Assembly: GCA_963733035.1 (NCBI GenBank)
Contig: CAVTBU010000005.1
Coordinates: forward strand, 2,656,001-2,720,000
Length of the DNA stretch: 64,000 nucleotides
Origin: Pirellulales bacterium
GTDB taxonomy: Bacteria; Planctomycetota; Planctomycetia; Pirellulales; PALSA-1355
Direction of reading: 5' to 3'
The position numbers were made by a program, and so were the translations under genes. The notes beneath the pieces were generated by a model. That model did not search any database. It worked only from the letters and a program-made list of their open reading frames with translations, and had not been told where the DNA came from. Within the stretch, counting starts at the first letter, position 1, and each line of letters begins with the position of its first letter. Shown in pieces: positions 30,835-39,261 of the stretch.

Positions 30835-31307
30835 ATGGAAGTGATTCGAGGTTCAGCCGAGCACGCCCACGCTGTTGCTGACTACTGGAACACCAAGGCC
30901 CAAGACAAGGATTCGTGATGGTACTCCGCGCCGGCCAAGACTGCGGGCGACATCACGGACCTGCTGTCGCAGGGCTATTCGTTGGTCGTCGCGATCGACG
31001 CCGAGCAGCTAATCGGGTTCGGCATGTGGTTCGGTCCACGGTTGATCGGATTCACCGCCATGGGGGCCGAAGCGTTCTATCGCATGATGCGTGTGTGGGC
31101 AGTCGAGAATCCGGGACAACGACGCCTTTCGATCATTCCCGCTCGATCCACAACCGAGAAGGCCTGGACCGATGCGCTGGACGTGGCCGACATCACGCCC
31201 GTTGGAAACTTAGTCGTGCCGCAAACCCGCAACGGGTGGCGATTTGTGTACGGATTCGCGTCGCGACCGTACGGATCGCATCGCGCTGCACTCGCCGAAA
31301 AGAGAAC
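30835..31307 (+). pseudogene. Hypothetical (possibly GNAT-like) gene with an in-frame TGA at 30916-30918
   Basis: GGAGGTGAGG SD, ATG at 30835; MEVIRGSAEHAHAVADYWNTKAQDKDS*WYSAP... continues in the same frame as ORF 30982 and runs into the att/tRNA. Confidence 0.55.
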
Positions 31308-31381
31308 TACGCCCGGCAGGATTCGAACCTGCAACCCTCGGTTCCGAAGACCGATGCGCTATCCAATTGCGCCACGGGCGC
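31308..31381 (-). tRNA. tRNA-Arg (anticodon TCG)
   Basis: GCGCCCG...CGGGCGT acceptor, D-arm GCGC-AATTGGATA-GCGC, anticodon arm TCGGT-CTTCGGA-ACCGA, T-arm GCAGG-TTCGAAT-CCTGC. Confidence 0.95.
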
Positions 31382-31598
31382 GTGCGTTTCTCGTGATTTA
31401 GCTTACGCTTCGCGGCCCCGGGCGACAAGCGTTGGGGCTTGCGGGACCTGCTGAGCGGGCAAACGCGGGGAAACTCCGGCTGGCTTGCGGCACAACGCAC
31501 GGCGCGGCTTGAGCGGGCGGGGGCTGGATGTTATAAGCGCAGGTGTCCGAGGCTGGGCCGCGGCGCGCGTTTTTCATCTCTGCCCCCCCGATGCATCC

Positions 31599-32270
31599 AT
31601 GGCGCAGATCACCCTACGTGTCCTCGACGGCGCCGATCGTGGCCGGGTCTATGAGGATCTGCAAACACCCGTCACCATCGGCCGCGAAGAAGGCAATTCG
31701 CTGCAACTCAATGACGAACGGGTGAGCCGCTTTCACGTCAAGATCCAGGAAGATCAGGACAAGATCGTCATCACCGACCTGGAAAGCACCAACGGCACCA
31801 AAGTAAACGGCGAGGATATCCAACTCCGCATCCTCCGCTACGGCGACATCATCAGCCTGGGCCGCTCGGTGCTGCTATTCGGCTCGCGTGAACAAATCGC
31901 CGAACGCCTTGCGGCACTGCGCGGCGACAATCCCGGCTCCGGGGGTCTGGCAGAAATGCCGCCGGCAGGTCAGGCCGGTTCGCTCGAGTTCGAATTGAAC
32001 TGGAGCGCCGATCCGGATATTCAAAGCACGCTGCACACGCTGCTGCCCCCCGATTTACCCGAGCGACTGAGCCCTGGCCAAGCCGCGCAGCTTTGCGAAC
32101 TGCTCGAATACCTGCACGTTCGCATCCGCGATCTGTTGAACGCGGTGAAAATCAAGGCCGACGACGACCAGGTGACTCTCGAAGTGCGACACTGGCAAAA
32201 CCTCGTCGATTTACAGTCGCGATTGGCCAGTTACCTTCGCGCGATCGGGCAACCGCCGGAAGACGAATAG
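31599..32270 (+). CDS. FHA domain protein
   Basis: TIGR, VSRFH, DLESTNGTKVNG. Confidence 0.9.
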   Translation: MAQITLRVLDGADRGRVYEDLQTPVTIGREEGNSLQLNDERVSRFHVKIQEDQDKIVITDLESTNGTKVNGEDIQLRILRYGDIISLGRSVLLFGSREQIAERLAALRGDNPGSGGLAEMPPAGQAGSLEFELNWSADPDIQSTLHTLLPPDLPERLSPGQAAQLCELLEYLHVRIRDLLNAVKIKADDDQVTLEVRHWQNLVDLQSRLASYLRAIGQPPEDE

Positions 32271-32339
32271 GCCTGCTGGTTCGCAAGGACTCAAGCGGCG
32301 AGTAATCTCTAGCTCAAGCGCCTTGGAACGCAATTCACG

Positions 32340-34484
32340 ATGGCGCAACTCATTCTCGAACAACTTTCACCGCGCGTCCGAAAGTCAGACATTCTGCGAT
32401 TGCTCGACAACGCCGGCGGCCTCGCTGGCAACCGCGTCGGAAAGATCGAACTTTCCGGCGGCCATGCGTCAGTCGAAGTGCCCAGCGGTTGGGAGGCTCG
32501 GCTCGCCAAGGCACTCGACGGTGCCACGCTGCACGGCCGTAAACTCGTAGCCTGGGCAAGCCAGACCACCGGCGACACCTCGGACGACGGTCACGAGCAC
32601 CTGCGGCGCCTCGTCCGCTTGATCGAAATCGAGCGCCAGGCCGAAAGCGAACGGGCGGTCGAACTTTGCCGAAAGCTTTCTCCCAGCGAAGCCGAACGGG
32701 CCGGCCATTCGCTCGTCGATTTGGTAATCGTCGATGAGGAAGCAGGGCTCGGCGGGCGATATCTGATCAAACTGGCCAAACGTCAACGTGGCCGGCTCCC
32801 CTGGACGCGACTGGGCGTCGGTAGTCCCGTGGTACTCACCTCAGCCGCCGATGCTAAGATCGCCACGCGGGGCGTCGTGTACGACCGCCGTGACGAGACG
32901 ATCGCCGTGGCGATCTCGCAGCTTCCCGATCATTCCGAAGACGTCAACCTTTGGCGGCTCGATCTGTCGAGCGACGAAATCTCCAGCCAGCGGCAACGTG
33001 CAGCGCTCGAACGAGCCATGCGGGCCAGCGGCGACCGGTTGGCCCATCTGCGCGACGTTCTACTCGGAAAGTTGGAGCCCACATTCGATACAACCGAAGT
33101 CGAGGCCTGCCTTGATGCCGGCCTAAACTCCACCCAGCAGGCGACGGTTGACTTTACTCTTGCAGCCCGCGACGTGGCCCTCGTACACGGTCCGCCGGGA
33201 ACCGGCAAAACCACGACGATTGTGGAACTGATTCGTCGCGCCGTGCGTCGCGGCGAGAAGGTGCTCGCCTGCGGGCCCAGCAATATGGCCGTGGACAATC
33301 TTTTCGAGCGACTACTTGCATACGGCGAACGCGCCGTCCGGCTGGGCCATCCCGCCCGCGTAATGCCAGAACTGCGCGCGCACACGCTCGAACTGCTGGT
33401 CGAGCGGCATGAGGACGTCCGGCTCGCTCGCAAACTGGTGAAGGATGCTTTGGCTCTATTCCGCCGCGCCGGACGGACGACGCGAGCCAAGCCCGAGCCG
33501 GGCGCCCGCCGTGAAATGCGGGCCGAAGCCAAGTCGCTGCTATCCGACGCCCGCCGTCTCGAAGCGCAGGCGGTCGAACATATTCTCGACACGGCAGACA
33601 TTCTATGTGCCACCACCACGGGTCTCGACGAAAACGTGCTCGGCGGCCGCCGGTTCGACTTGGTCGTCATCGACGAAGCCTGCCAGAGCACCGAGCCCGG
33701 CTGCTGGATCGCGATCGGCCGGGCCGAGCGAGTTGTGCTGGCCGGCGATCATCGACAGCTGCCACCGACCGTGCTTAGCGCCCAAGCAGAGCAGGAGGGC
33801 TATGCCGTTAGCCTGTTCGAACGGCTGGCTGAGTCGCACGGCGACGCGCTCGTTAGGCGCCTCGATACACAATACCGCATGCACACCGCGATCATGGACT
33901 TCTCGTCGCTGGAGTTTTACGACGCGGAACTTCTGGCCGACGCAACCGTCGAGGGTCACCGGTTGTGCAATTTGCCGGGCGTGACGAAGACGCCACTCAC
34001 CGAAACGCCAATTGAGTTTATCGACACCGCCGGCGCCAGTTACGACGAAGAGTTGGAGTCCGACGGACAAAGCCGGCTGAATCGTCACGAGGCGGAATTG
34101 GTGGCGCTGAAGGTTCGGGCACTGCTGGATGCGGGAGTTCCCGCCAACCAGATCGGCGTGATCACGCCTTACGCGGCCCAGGCTCGATTATTGCGAGAAA
34201 AGCTGCCGATCGACGACTTGGAGATCGATACCGTCGACGGCTTTCAGGGGCGGGAAAAGGAAGCGATCGTCATTTCTCTGGTGCGTTCGAACGAGTCCGG
34301 CGAGATTGGATTTCTCTCGGACCTGCGGCGGACAAACGTGGCGATGACCCGCGCGAGACGAAAGCTGCTGATGGTGGGCGACAGTGCCACCCTCTCCTCC
34401 GATCCGTTCTACGCCCGCATGATCGCGTATTTTGAATCGCTTGCGGCTTACCGCACGGTGTGGGAAGAGGGAGGGGCCGTTTGA
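32340..34484 (+). CDS. Upf1/IGHMBP2-like superfamily 1 helicase with N-terminal DbpA-type RNA-binding domain
   Basis: HGPPGTGKT, VIDEACQ, LAGDHRQLPP, QYRMH, TVDGFQGREKE, NVAMTRAR; N-terminal VGKIEL...SVEVP...ALDGATLHGR. Confidence 0.88.
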   Translation: MAQLILEQLSPRVRKSDILRLLDNAGGLAGNRVGKIELSGGHASVEVPSGWEARLAKALDGATLHGRKLVAWASQTTGDTSDDGHEHLRRLVRLIEIERQAESERAVELCRKLSPSEAERAGHSLVDLVIVDEEAGLGGRYLIKLAKRQRGRLPWTRLGVGSPVVLTSAADAKIATRGVVYDRRDETIAVAISQLPDHSEDVNLWRLDLSSDEISSQRQRAALERAMRASGDRLAHLRDVLLGKLEPTFDTTEVEACLDAGLNSTQQATVDFTLAARDVALVHGPPGTGKTTTIVELIRRAVRRGEKVLACGPSNMAVDNLFERLLAYGERAVRLGHPARVMPELRAHTLELLVERHEDVRLARKLVKDALALFRRAGRTTRAKPEPGARREMRAEAKSLLSDARRLEAQAVEHILDTADILCATTTGLDENVLGGRRFDLVVIDEACQSTEPGCWIAIGRAERVVLAGDHRQLPPTVLSAQAEQEGYAVSLFERLAESHGDALVRRLDTQYRMHTAIMDFSSLEFYDAELLADATVEGHRLCNLPGVTKTPLTETPIEFIDTAGASYDEELESDGQSRLNRHEAELVALKVRALLDAGVPANQIGVITPYAAQARLLREKLPIDDLEIDTVDGFQGREKEAIVISLVRSNESGEIGFLSDLRRTNVAMTRARRKLLMVGDSATLSSDPFYARMIAYFESLAAYRTVWEEGGAV

Positions 34485-34499
34485 AGATGGGGCGCGCCG

Positions 34500-35195
34500 T
34501 TAGGCGGCCCGGTCGGAATGCCGAGAACTGCGTTTCGGCAGACGGTAGAGCAGGGTGTTGCCCTGCTTGCCGACGTGCTCCACGGCTTGCATTTCGCGCA
34601 GGCAGTAGGCGATGCGCTGCGCCACGTGACGTTGTATTTCGCAGTGTTCGGCAAGCATGCCAGTGTGGAACTCGGACGGCAATCCCCGCGGCAGTAGGCG
34701 GATCAAGTCGGCCGCTTTTCGCAATCGCACACCTTCGCCAACTGACACGAGCCGCTGATCGGCCACGACGTGATCGCCCTTGCGCCACCGTCGGCGGCGG
34801 CCGTGTCCCGGGTAGCGCCATTCTTCAATGTCGACCAGCACGACTTCCAGCGAAAGTCTCGGGTGCGGAAAGACGCGCGTGAAGTACACGAGTTCGTCAA
34901 ACACGTTGAGTAACGTGCCGCGCTTGGGACTCAAGCGGCGCGAGTGCGGCGGACTGTCGGCATCGGCCTGTTTGACGAGCAACTTTTGCCGCACAATCGG
35001 TTTTACAACCAATACGCGGTGCGACTCAACCAACTTGCGGATCTTGTCGCGAATGGCCGCGAGCGAGCCGTGTTGAATTTCGATCAAGCGGCCGCGGCTC
35101 ACCGCGTCGATGCGGTAATTCTCCAGCACGACCTCCGTCCGAGCGGTGGCGCCGGCGTAGATTCGCTTTAGTTCGCGATGCAGCGACGTTTCCAT
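34500..35195 (-). CDS. Hypothetical protein, PD-(D/E)xK nuclease-like N-terminus with C-terminal winged-helix-like region
   Basis: METSLHRELK, RIDAV...LIEIQ; C-terminal FHTGMLAE...AQRIAYCLREM...GKQGNTLLY. Confidence 0.65.
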   Translation of the reverse strand: METSLHRELKRIYAGATARTEVVLENYRIDAVSRGRLIEIQHGSLAAIRDKIRKLVESHRVLVVKPIVRQKLLVKQADADSPPHSRRLSPKRGTLLNVFDELVYFTRVFPHPRLSLEVVLVDIEEWRYPGHGRRRRWRKGDHVVADQRLVSVGEGVRLRKAADLIRLLPRGLPSEFHTGMLAEHCEIQRHVAQRIAYCLREMQAVEHVGKQGNTLLYRLPKRSSRHSDRAA

Positions 35196-35260
35196 CGTAT
35201 GCAGGTCTCCTCCCTGAGAACTGCCCAGGCCGCAGGCGCGCCCGAATGACTCTTCCATTT

Positions 35261-35824
35261 TCAGGACTTCGGTGATTCGATGCCGAAGTCGCGAATCGAG
35301 AACAGGCTGGTGAACGCATAGCCACGCTTCGTGAACGCTTCGGCGCCTCCCTCCATGCGGTCGATGATCGCGATCACCTGCTTGACCTTCAATCCCTCGG
35401 CTTCAAGGCGTTCGATGGCCAGGAGTGACGACCCGCCGGTCGTCACGACATCCTCGACGACGACCACTTCGTCCCCCGGTTGGACCGGTCCTTCAACAAA
35501 CTTTTGTGTGCCGTGCCCCTTGGCTTCCTTGCGAACGAGAATTCCTTTGAGCGGAATGCCGCGCACGCCGGCCACGGTAATCACCGCTGCCGTGATCGGG
35601 TCGGCTCCGATCGACATGCCCCCCACCGCCACTGGAAGCTTGTCGCCCAGCAGCTCCAGAATGCCCTCGCCCACGAGCTTGGCGCCAGCCGAGTCGAGCG
35701 TCACCTGTTTGCCGTCGAGATAGTAGCTGGCCTTCTTGCCCGAGACGAGTGTGAATTCTCCGAACTTGAGGGCCTTTTCGCGAATCAGATCCAGCAACGC
35801 CTGCTTGTCGTACACTCCTGACAC
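35261..35824 (-). CDS. pyrE: Orotate phosphoribosyltransferase
   Basis: FTLVSGKKASYYLD, RKEAKGHG, VVVEDVVTTGGS. Confidence 0.95.
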   Translation of the reverse strand: MSGVYDKQALLDLIREKALKFGEFTLVSGKKASYYLDGKQVTLDSAGAKLVGEGILELLGDKLPVAVGGMSIGADPITAAVITVAGVRGIPLKGILVRKEAKGHGTQKFVEGPVQPGDEVVVVEDVVTTGGSSLLAIERLEAEGLKVKQVIAIIDRMEGGAEAFTKRGYAFTSLFSIRDFGIESPKS

Positions 35825-36069
35825 TCCTCCCTAGTCGAATCGAATAGGCCGAAATTCTGGGACCGGCATCGGGCTTTATGGTAACGGACCGACCGCGAGC
35901 TGAAACAGGTCAAAAGCGGAGCGAAAAATGCCGAAACGGCCAACTGAATCGCGGAACGCCCAAGCACCGGCTGCTGCTTTCGAATACGTGACAGGCGCCT
36001 GGCCTGAAATAAACTCTTGCTTGTCGCCCAAGAAGCGATTCTCGTGGTCACCTAGCGAGGGAACTTACC

Positions 36070-37218
36070 ATGGTTCGTCGTCCGCATTTCGGCCTGCACA
36101 TGATGGCGTCGCTGGCAATTTCGACCGCGCTCGCCTATCTGCTATTCGCCGCGAGTCTCTTGGCCGCTGAACTGCCGGCCGACGCTCGGGCCGATATCGA
36201 TGCCCGCATCAACGCGTTCCTTGAGAAATCCAAAGCTCCCGGAATCTCCGCCGCGTTTGTCGTCGATCACGACGTGTGCTACGAGCAGGGTTACGGTCTG
36301 GCCGACGTCGAGAACAATGTGCCGGCAACACCCCAGTCGGTTTATCGGCTGGCATCCATATCGAAAATGCTTACGGCGGTGGGAGCGTTGCAGTTAGTTG
36401 AGGCGGGGAAGCTCGATCTGTCGGCGCCCGTTCAAAAGTACGTGCCTGGTTTTCCCGAGAAGCAAGCACCGATCACTTGCGACCTGCTGCTCAAACATCA
36501 GAGCGGAATCCGGCACTACAAAGGCGATGAGGTCCGCAGCGCCGTTGCCTACGCCAACGTGTGCGACTCGTTCCACGTGTTTCAGGACGACCCGCTGCTG
36601 TTCAAACCGGGCGAAAAATTCTCCTACACAACGTATGGATTTAATGTTGCAGGGGCCGCAATCGAAGGGGCCAGCGGCCAGGACTACGTCAGCTATATTC
36701 TCGAGCACGTCTGCAAACCGGCTGGGATGTCGTCCATTTGTCCGGACAGCCCATTCAAGATTATTCCGCATCGCGCGGCTGGCTACCGGCGGAGCGGGCC
36801 GGTGCTGGTGAATGACATTGCCGTGAACGTCTCGAACAAGATACCCGGCGGCGGCTGGTGTTCGACGGCCGGCGACCTGGCCCGCTTCGCGATCGCCCTG
36901 TGCCAGGGGAAATTGATCAGCGAGGAGACGCTCGAGCTGATGTGGACCCCCCAGAAAACGGCGAGCGGCGAGCAAACAGGCGCCGGCTACGGCTGTTTCA
37001 TCACGACGGCGCGCGATGGCGACCGACTGATTTCGCACTCGGGCGGTCAGCCTAAGGTCACCACTTACCTCGTGTTTTCGCCAGCGAACCAGACGGCCGT
37101 GGCCCTGATGTGCAATTTGCGGGGGGCGGCGGGTTTGCGGCCGTTGGCCGAGACGTTGATCGCCGTGCTTGAGGGAGCGGGGCAAAAAGCGGACGCCGCC
37201 CCAGTCGGAGCCCCATGA
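36070..37218 (+). CDS. Serine hydrolase, beta-lactamase class C/AmpC-like family, exported
   Basis: LASISK (SxxK), LLKHQSGI, FSYTT, HSGG. Confidence 0.88.
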   Translation: MVRRPHFGLHMMASLAISTALAYLLFAASLLAAELPADARADIDARINAFLEKSKAPGISAAFVVDHDVCYEQGYGLADVENNVPATPQSVYRLASISKMLTAVGALQLVEAGKLDLSAPVQKYVPGFPEKQAPITCDLLLKHQSGIRHYKGDEVRSAVAYANVCDSFHVFQDDPLLFKPGEKFSYTTYGFNVAGAAIEGASGQDYVSYILEHVCKPAGMSSICPDSPFKIIPHRAAGYRRSGPVLVNDIAVNVSNKIPGGGWCSTAGDLARFAIALCQGKLISEETLELMWTPQKTASGEQTGAGYGCFITTARDGDRLISHSGGQPKVTTYLVFSPANQTAVALMCNLRGAAGLRPLAETLIAVLEGAGQKADAAPVGAP

Positions 37219-37321
37219 GTGGCCCGCCGAGCGGCACGGGATGCGGGGTTCCACGGCCTGAATGGAAATATCGGACCGCATTGGCCGGTAAAACACGACT
37301 TCCGCTTTGGTGCCCAGGCTC

Positions 37322-37327
37322 TATAAT
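37322..37327 (+). promoter_or_regulatory. Consensus -10 box upstream of rpmI
   Basis: TATAAT ~52 nt before the rpmI ATG. Confidence 0.45.
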
Positions 37328-37379
37328 GGCGGATTCAGATTTGTTACGAGATTCTGGGCTTTCGACTCGGTAAGCAATC

Positions 37380-37583
37380 ATGCCAAAGCAGAAGACCCAC
37401 AAGGGCGTTAAGAAGCGTTTTCGCACCACCGCCTCGGGCAAGGTCAAGCACCGTCAGGCCGGCACCAGCCACTTGGCCGCCCGCATGACCCACAAGCGGA
37501 AGCGAAACCTCCGCGGCACGAAGGTGCTGGACGAGGAATTCACCGAAAACATCAAGATCGCCTTGGCTGGCAACAGCTACTGA
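37380..37583 (+). CDS. rpmI: 50S ribosomal protein L35
   Basis: [23 protein letters not shown]. Confidence 0.97.
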   Translation: MPKQKTHKGVKKRFRTTASGKVKHRQAGTSHLAARMTHKRKRNLRGTKVLDEEFTENIKIALAGNSY

Positions 37584-37757
37584 ATGGTTAGGGCCGAGAA
37601 CGGCCATGCGGAGCGACCCAGTCGCTCCGCGAATCACGGACGACGTGTCGCTAAAGTATGCCGACCGTCGGCCGCACACGCATGCGGGCGGTACAACGCT
37701 CGGAGCGACTTTTCGCCCGGGGGCCTGGTCATGCGGCAGATGGGTAGGTAGAGAGAA

Positions 37758-38112
37758 ATGCGTACACTCAAGGGTGCCGCGCAACAAAGCCAAGCGGCGG
37801 CTATTCAAGAAGGTCAAAGGCTATCGTGGCGGCCGCGGCAACATGTTCCGCACCGCCAAGGAAACTCTGGTCCGCGCCGGCGTCTACGCGTTCCGCGATC
37901 GCCGCGTCCGCAAGCGCGAGTTCCGCAAGCTGTGGATCATCCGCATCAACGCCGCCTGCCGCGAGCGGGGCCTGCGGTATAGCGAGTTCATCCACGGGCT
38001 GGAAAAAGCGAACATCGTGCTCGATCGCAAGTCGCTCTCGGAAATGGCCATCCACGACCCGGCCGGTTTTGACACCGTCGTGGAAAAGGTCAAGGCGGCA
38101 CTGGCGGCCTAG
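37758..38112 (+). CDS. rplT: 50S ribosomal protein L20 (apparent 2-nt deletion at ~37781)
   Basis: MRTLKGAA(R)[16 protein letters not shown]...[11 protein letters not shown]...[10 protein letters not shown]; restoring GC gives 118 aa. Confidence 0.95.
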
Positions 38113-38216
38113 GCTACGAGTCGCGCGGCAGTTGGCTGGTTGTTATGCTTACGCTGCGTGAGCTGGCAACCGGACGTTGCTGTTTCGAGCGACGTTGTTT
38201 TTCGATGGTTGAGCCG

Positions 38217-39246
38217 ATGGCCTTGACTGCATTCCAGGCTGAACTCGATTCGTTTGCCGCCGCCGCACAGGCGGCATTTTCGGCGGCTACCGACTCCGAT
38301 ACGCTCGAAGCGGCCCGCGTGGAATTCCTGGGCGCCAAGAGCGGCCGTTTGAAAACGGTTCAAAAGCAACTCGGCGGCATTCCCAAGGAAGATAAGCCCG
38401 CCGCCGGCAAGGCGTTCAACGAAGCCAAAGTAAATGTGGAAGCGGCCTTTGCCGCCGCGAGGCAGCGTCTCGCTTCGGGCGTCGCGGACACCCATAGCGA
38501 ACCGTTCGACCGCACGCTCCCCGGCAGGCGTCCCACGCTCGGCCATCTGCATCCGATCACGCAAACGATCGACGAACTAAAGGACCTGATGGGCCGGCTC
38601 GGCTTCACCGCGGCGGTGGGTCCGGAAATCGAGGACGAGTGGCATAACTTCGAAGCGCTCAACATTCCGGCTGCGCATCCAGCCCGCGATCCGCTGGAAA
38701 ACTTCTACGTTTCGGTTGCCGGCGTCACGACCGGCGCGCCACTGCTGCTACGTAGCCAAACGAGCACCGTGCAGATTCGCGTGATGGAAAGTACGCCGCC
38801 GCCGGTGCGAATCGTTTCCTTGGGACGCGTCTATCGGCCTGATACGGCCGACGCCACGCACTACCCGATGTTCCATCAGATCGAAGGCCTGCTGGTGGAT
38901 AAGCGCGTCACGATGGCCGATCTCAAGAGCGTGCTGCGTCTGTTCGCCAGCAGCTTTCTGGGCGGCGACGTGCACATTCGCTTCCGGCCATCGTTCTTTC
39001 CGTTCACCGAGCCGAGCGTCGAGGTGGACATGAGCTGGCACGACGACCAGGGGAACCCTCGCTGGATCGAGATGGGCGGCGCCGGCATGGTCGACCCGAA
39101 CGTACTCAAGGCCGTCGGCTACGATCCGGAGGAAGTGACCGGCTTTGCCTTCGGGCTGGGCGTCGAGCGCGTTTGCGCGGCGGCACAACGTTACGGACAT
39201 TCGCGAGTTCTACCGCAATGACGTGCGGTTCTTGCACCAGTTTTAG
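38217..39246 (+). CDS. pheS: Phenylalanine-tRNA ligase alpha subunit (apparent 2-nt deletion at ~39179)
   Basis: [40 protein letters not shown]; the conserved tail [16 protein letters not shown] lies in a shifted frame. Confidence 0.95.
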
Positions 39247-39261
39247 CGGGATTGATTAAGC

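Larger units (their letters stand above)
29068..31341. mobile_element. tRNA-Arg-integrated genomic islet remnant (~2.2 kb, no integrase visible)
   Basis: Bounded by the 34-bp tRNA 3'-end repeats; contains short, degenerate ORFs and looks more AT-rich than the flanks (not computed). Confidence 0.75.

Noticed and set aside
30916..30918. Selenocysteine or alternative-code readthrough of the in-frame TGA
   Set aside because: The context is not a redox motif, I see no convincing SECIS, and TGA is used as a stop elsewhere in the window and islet.
31599..35195. FHA + helicase + nuclease as an anti-phage system
   Set aside because: The nuclease-like gene is on the opposite strand behind pyrE, the genes lie outside the att-bounded islet, and they look like core planctomycete genes.
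37758..39246. rplT and pheS as pseudogenes or programmed frameshift genes
   Set aside because: Both are essential, there are no slippery heptamers, and the breaks share the GCGC context of the other indels, so sequencing error is far more likely.
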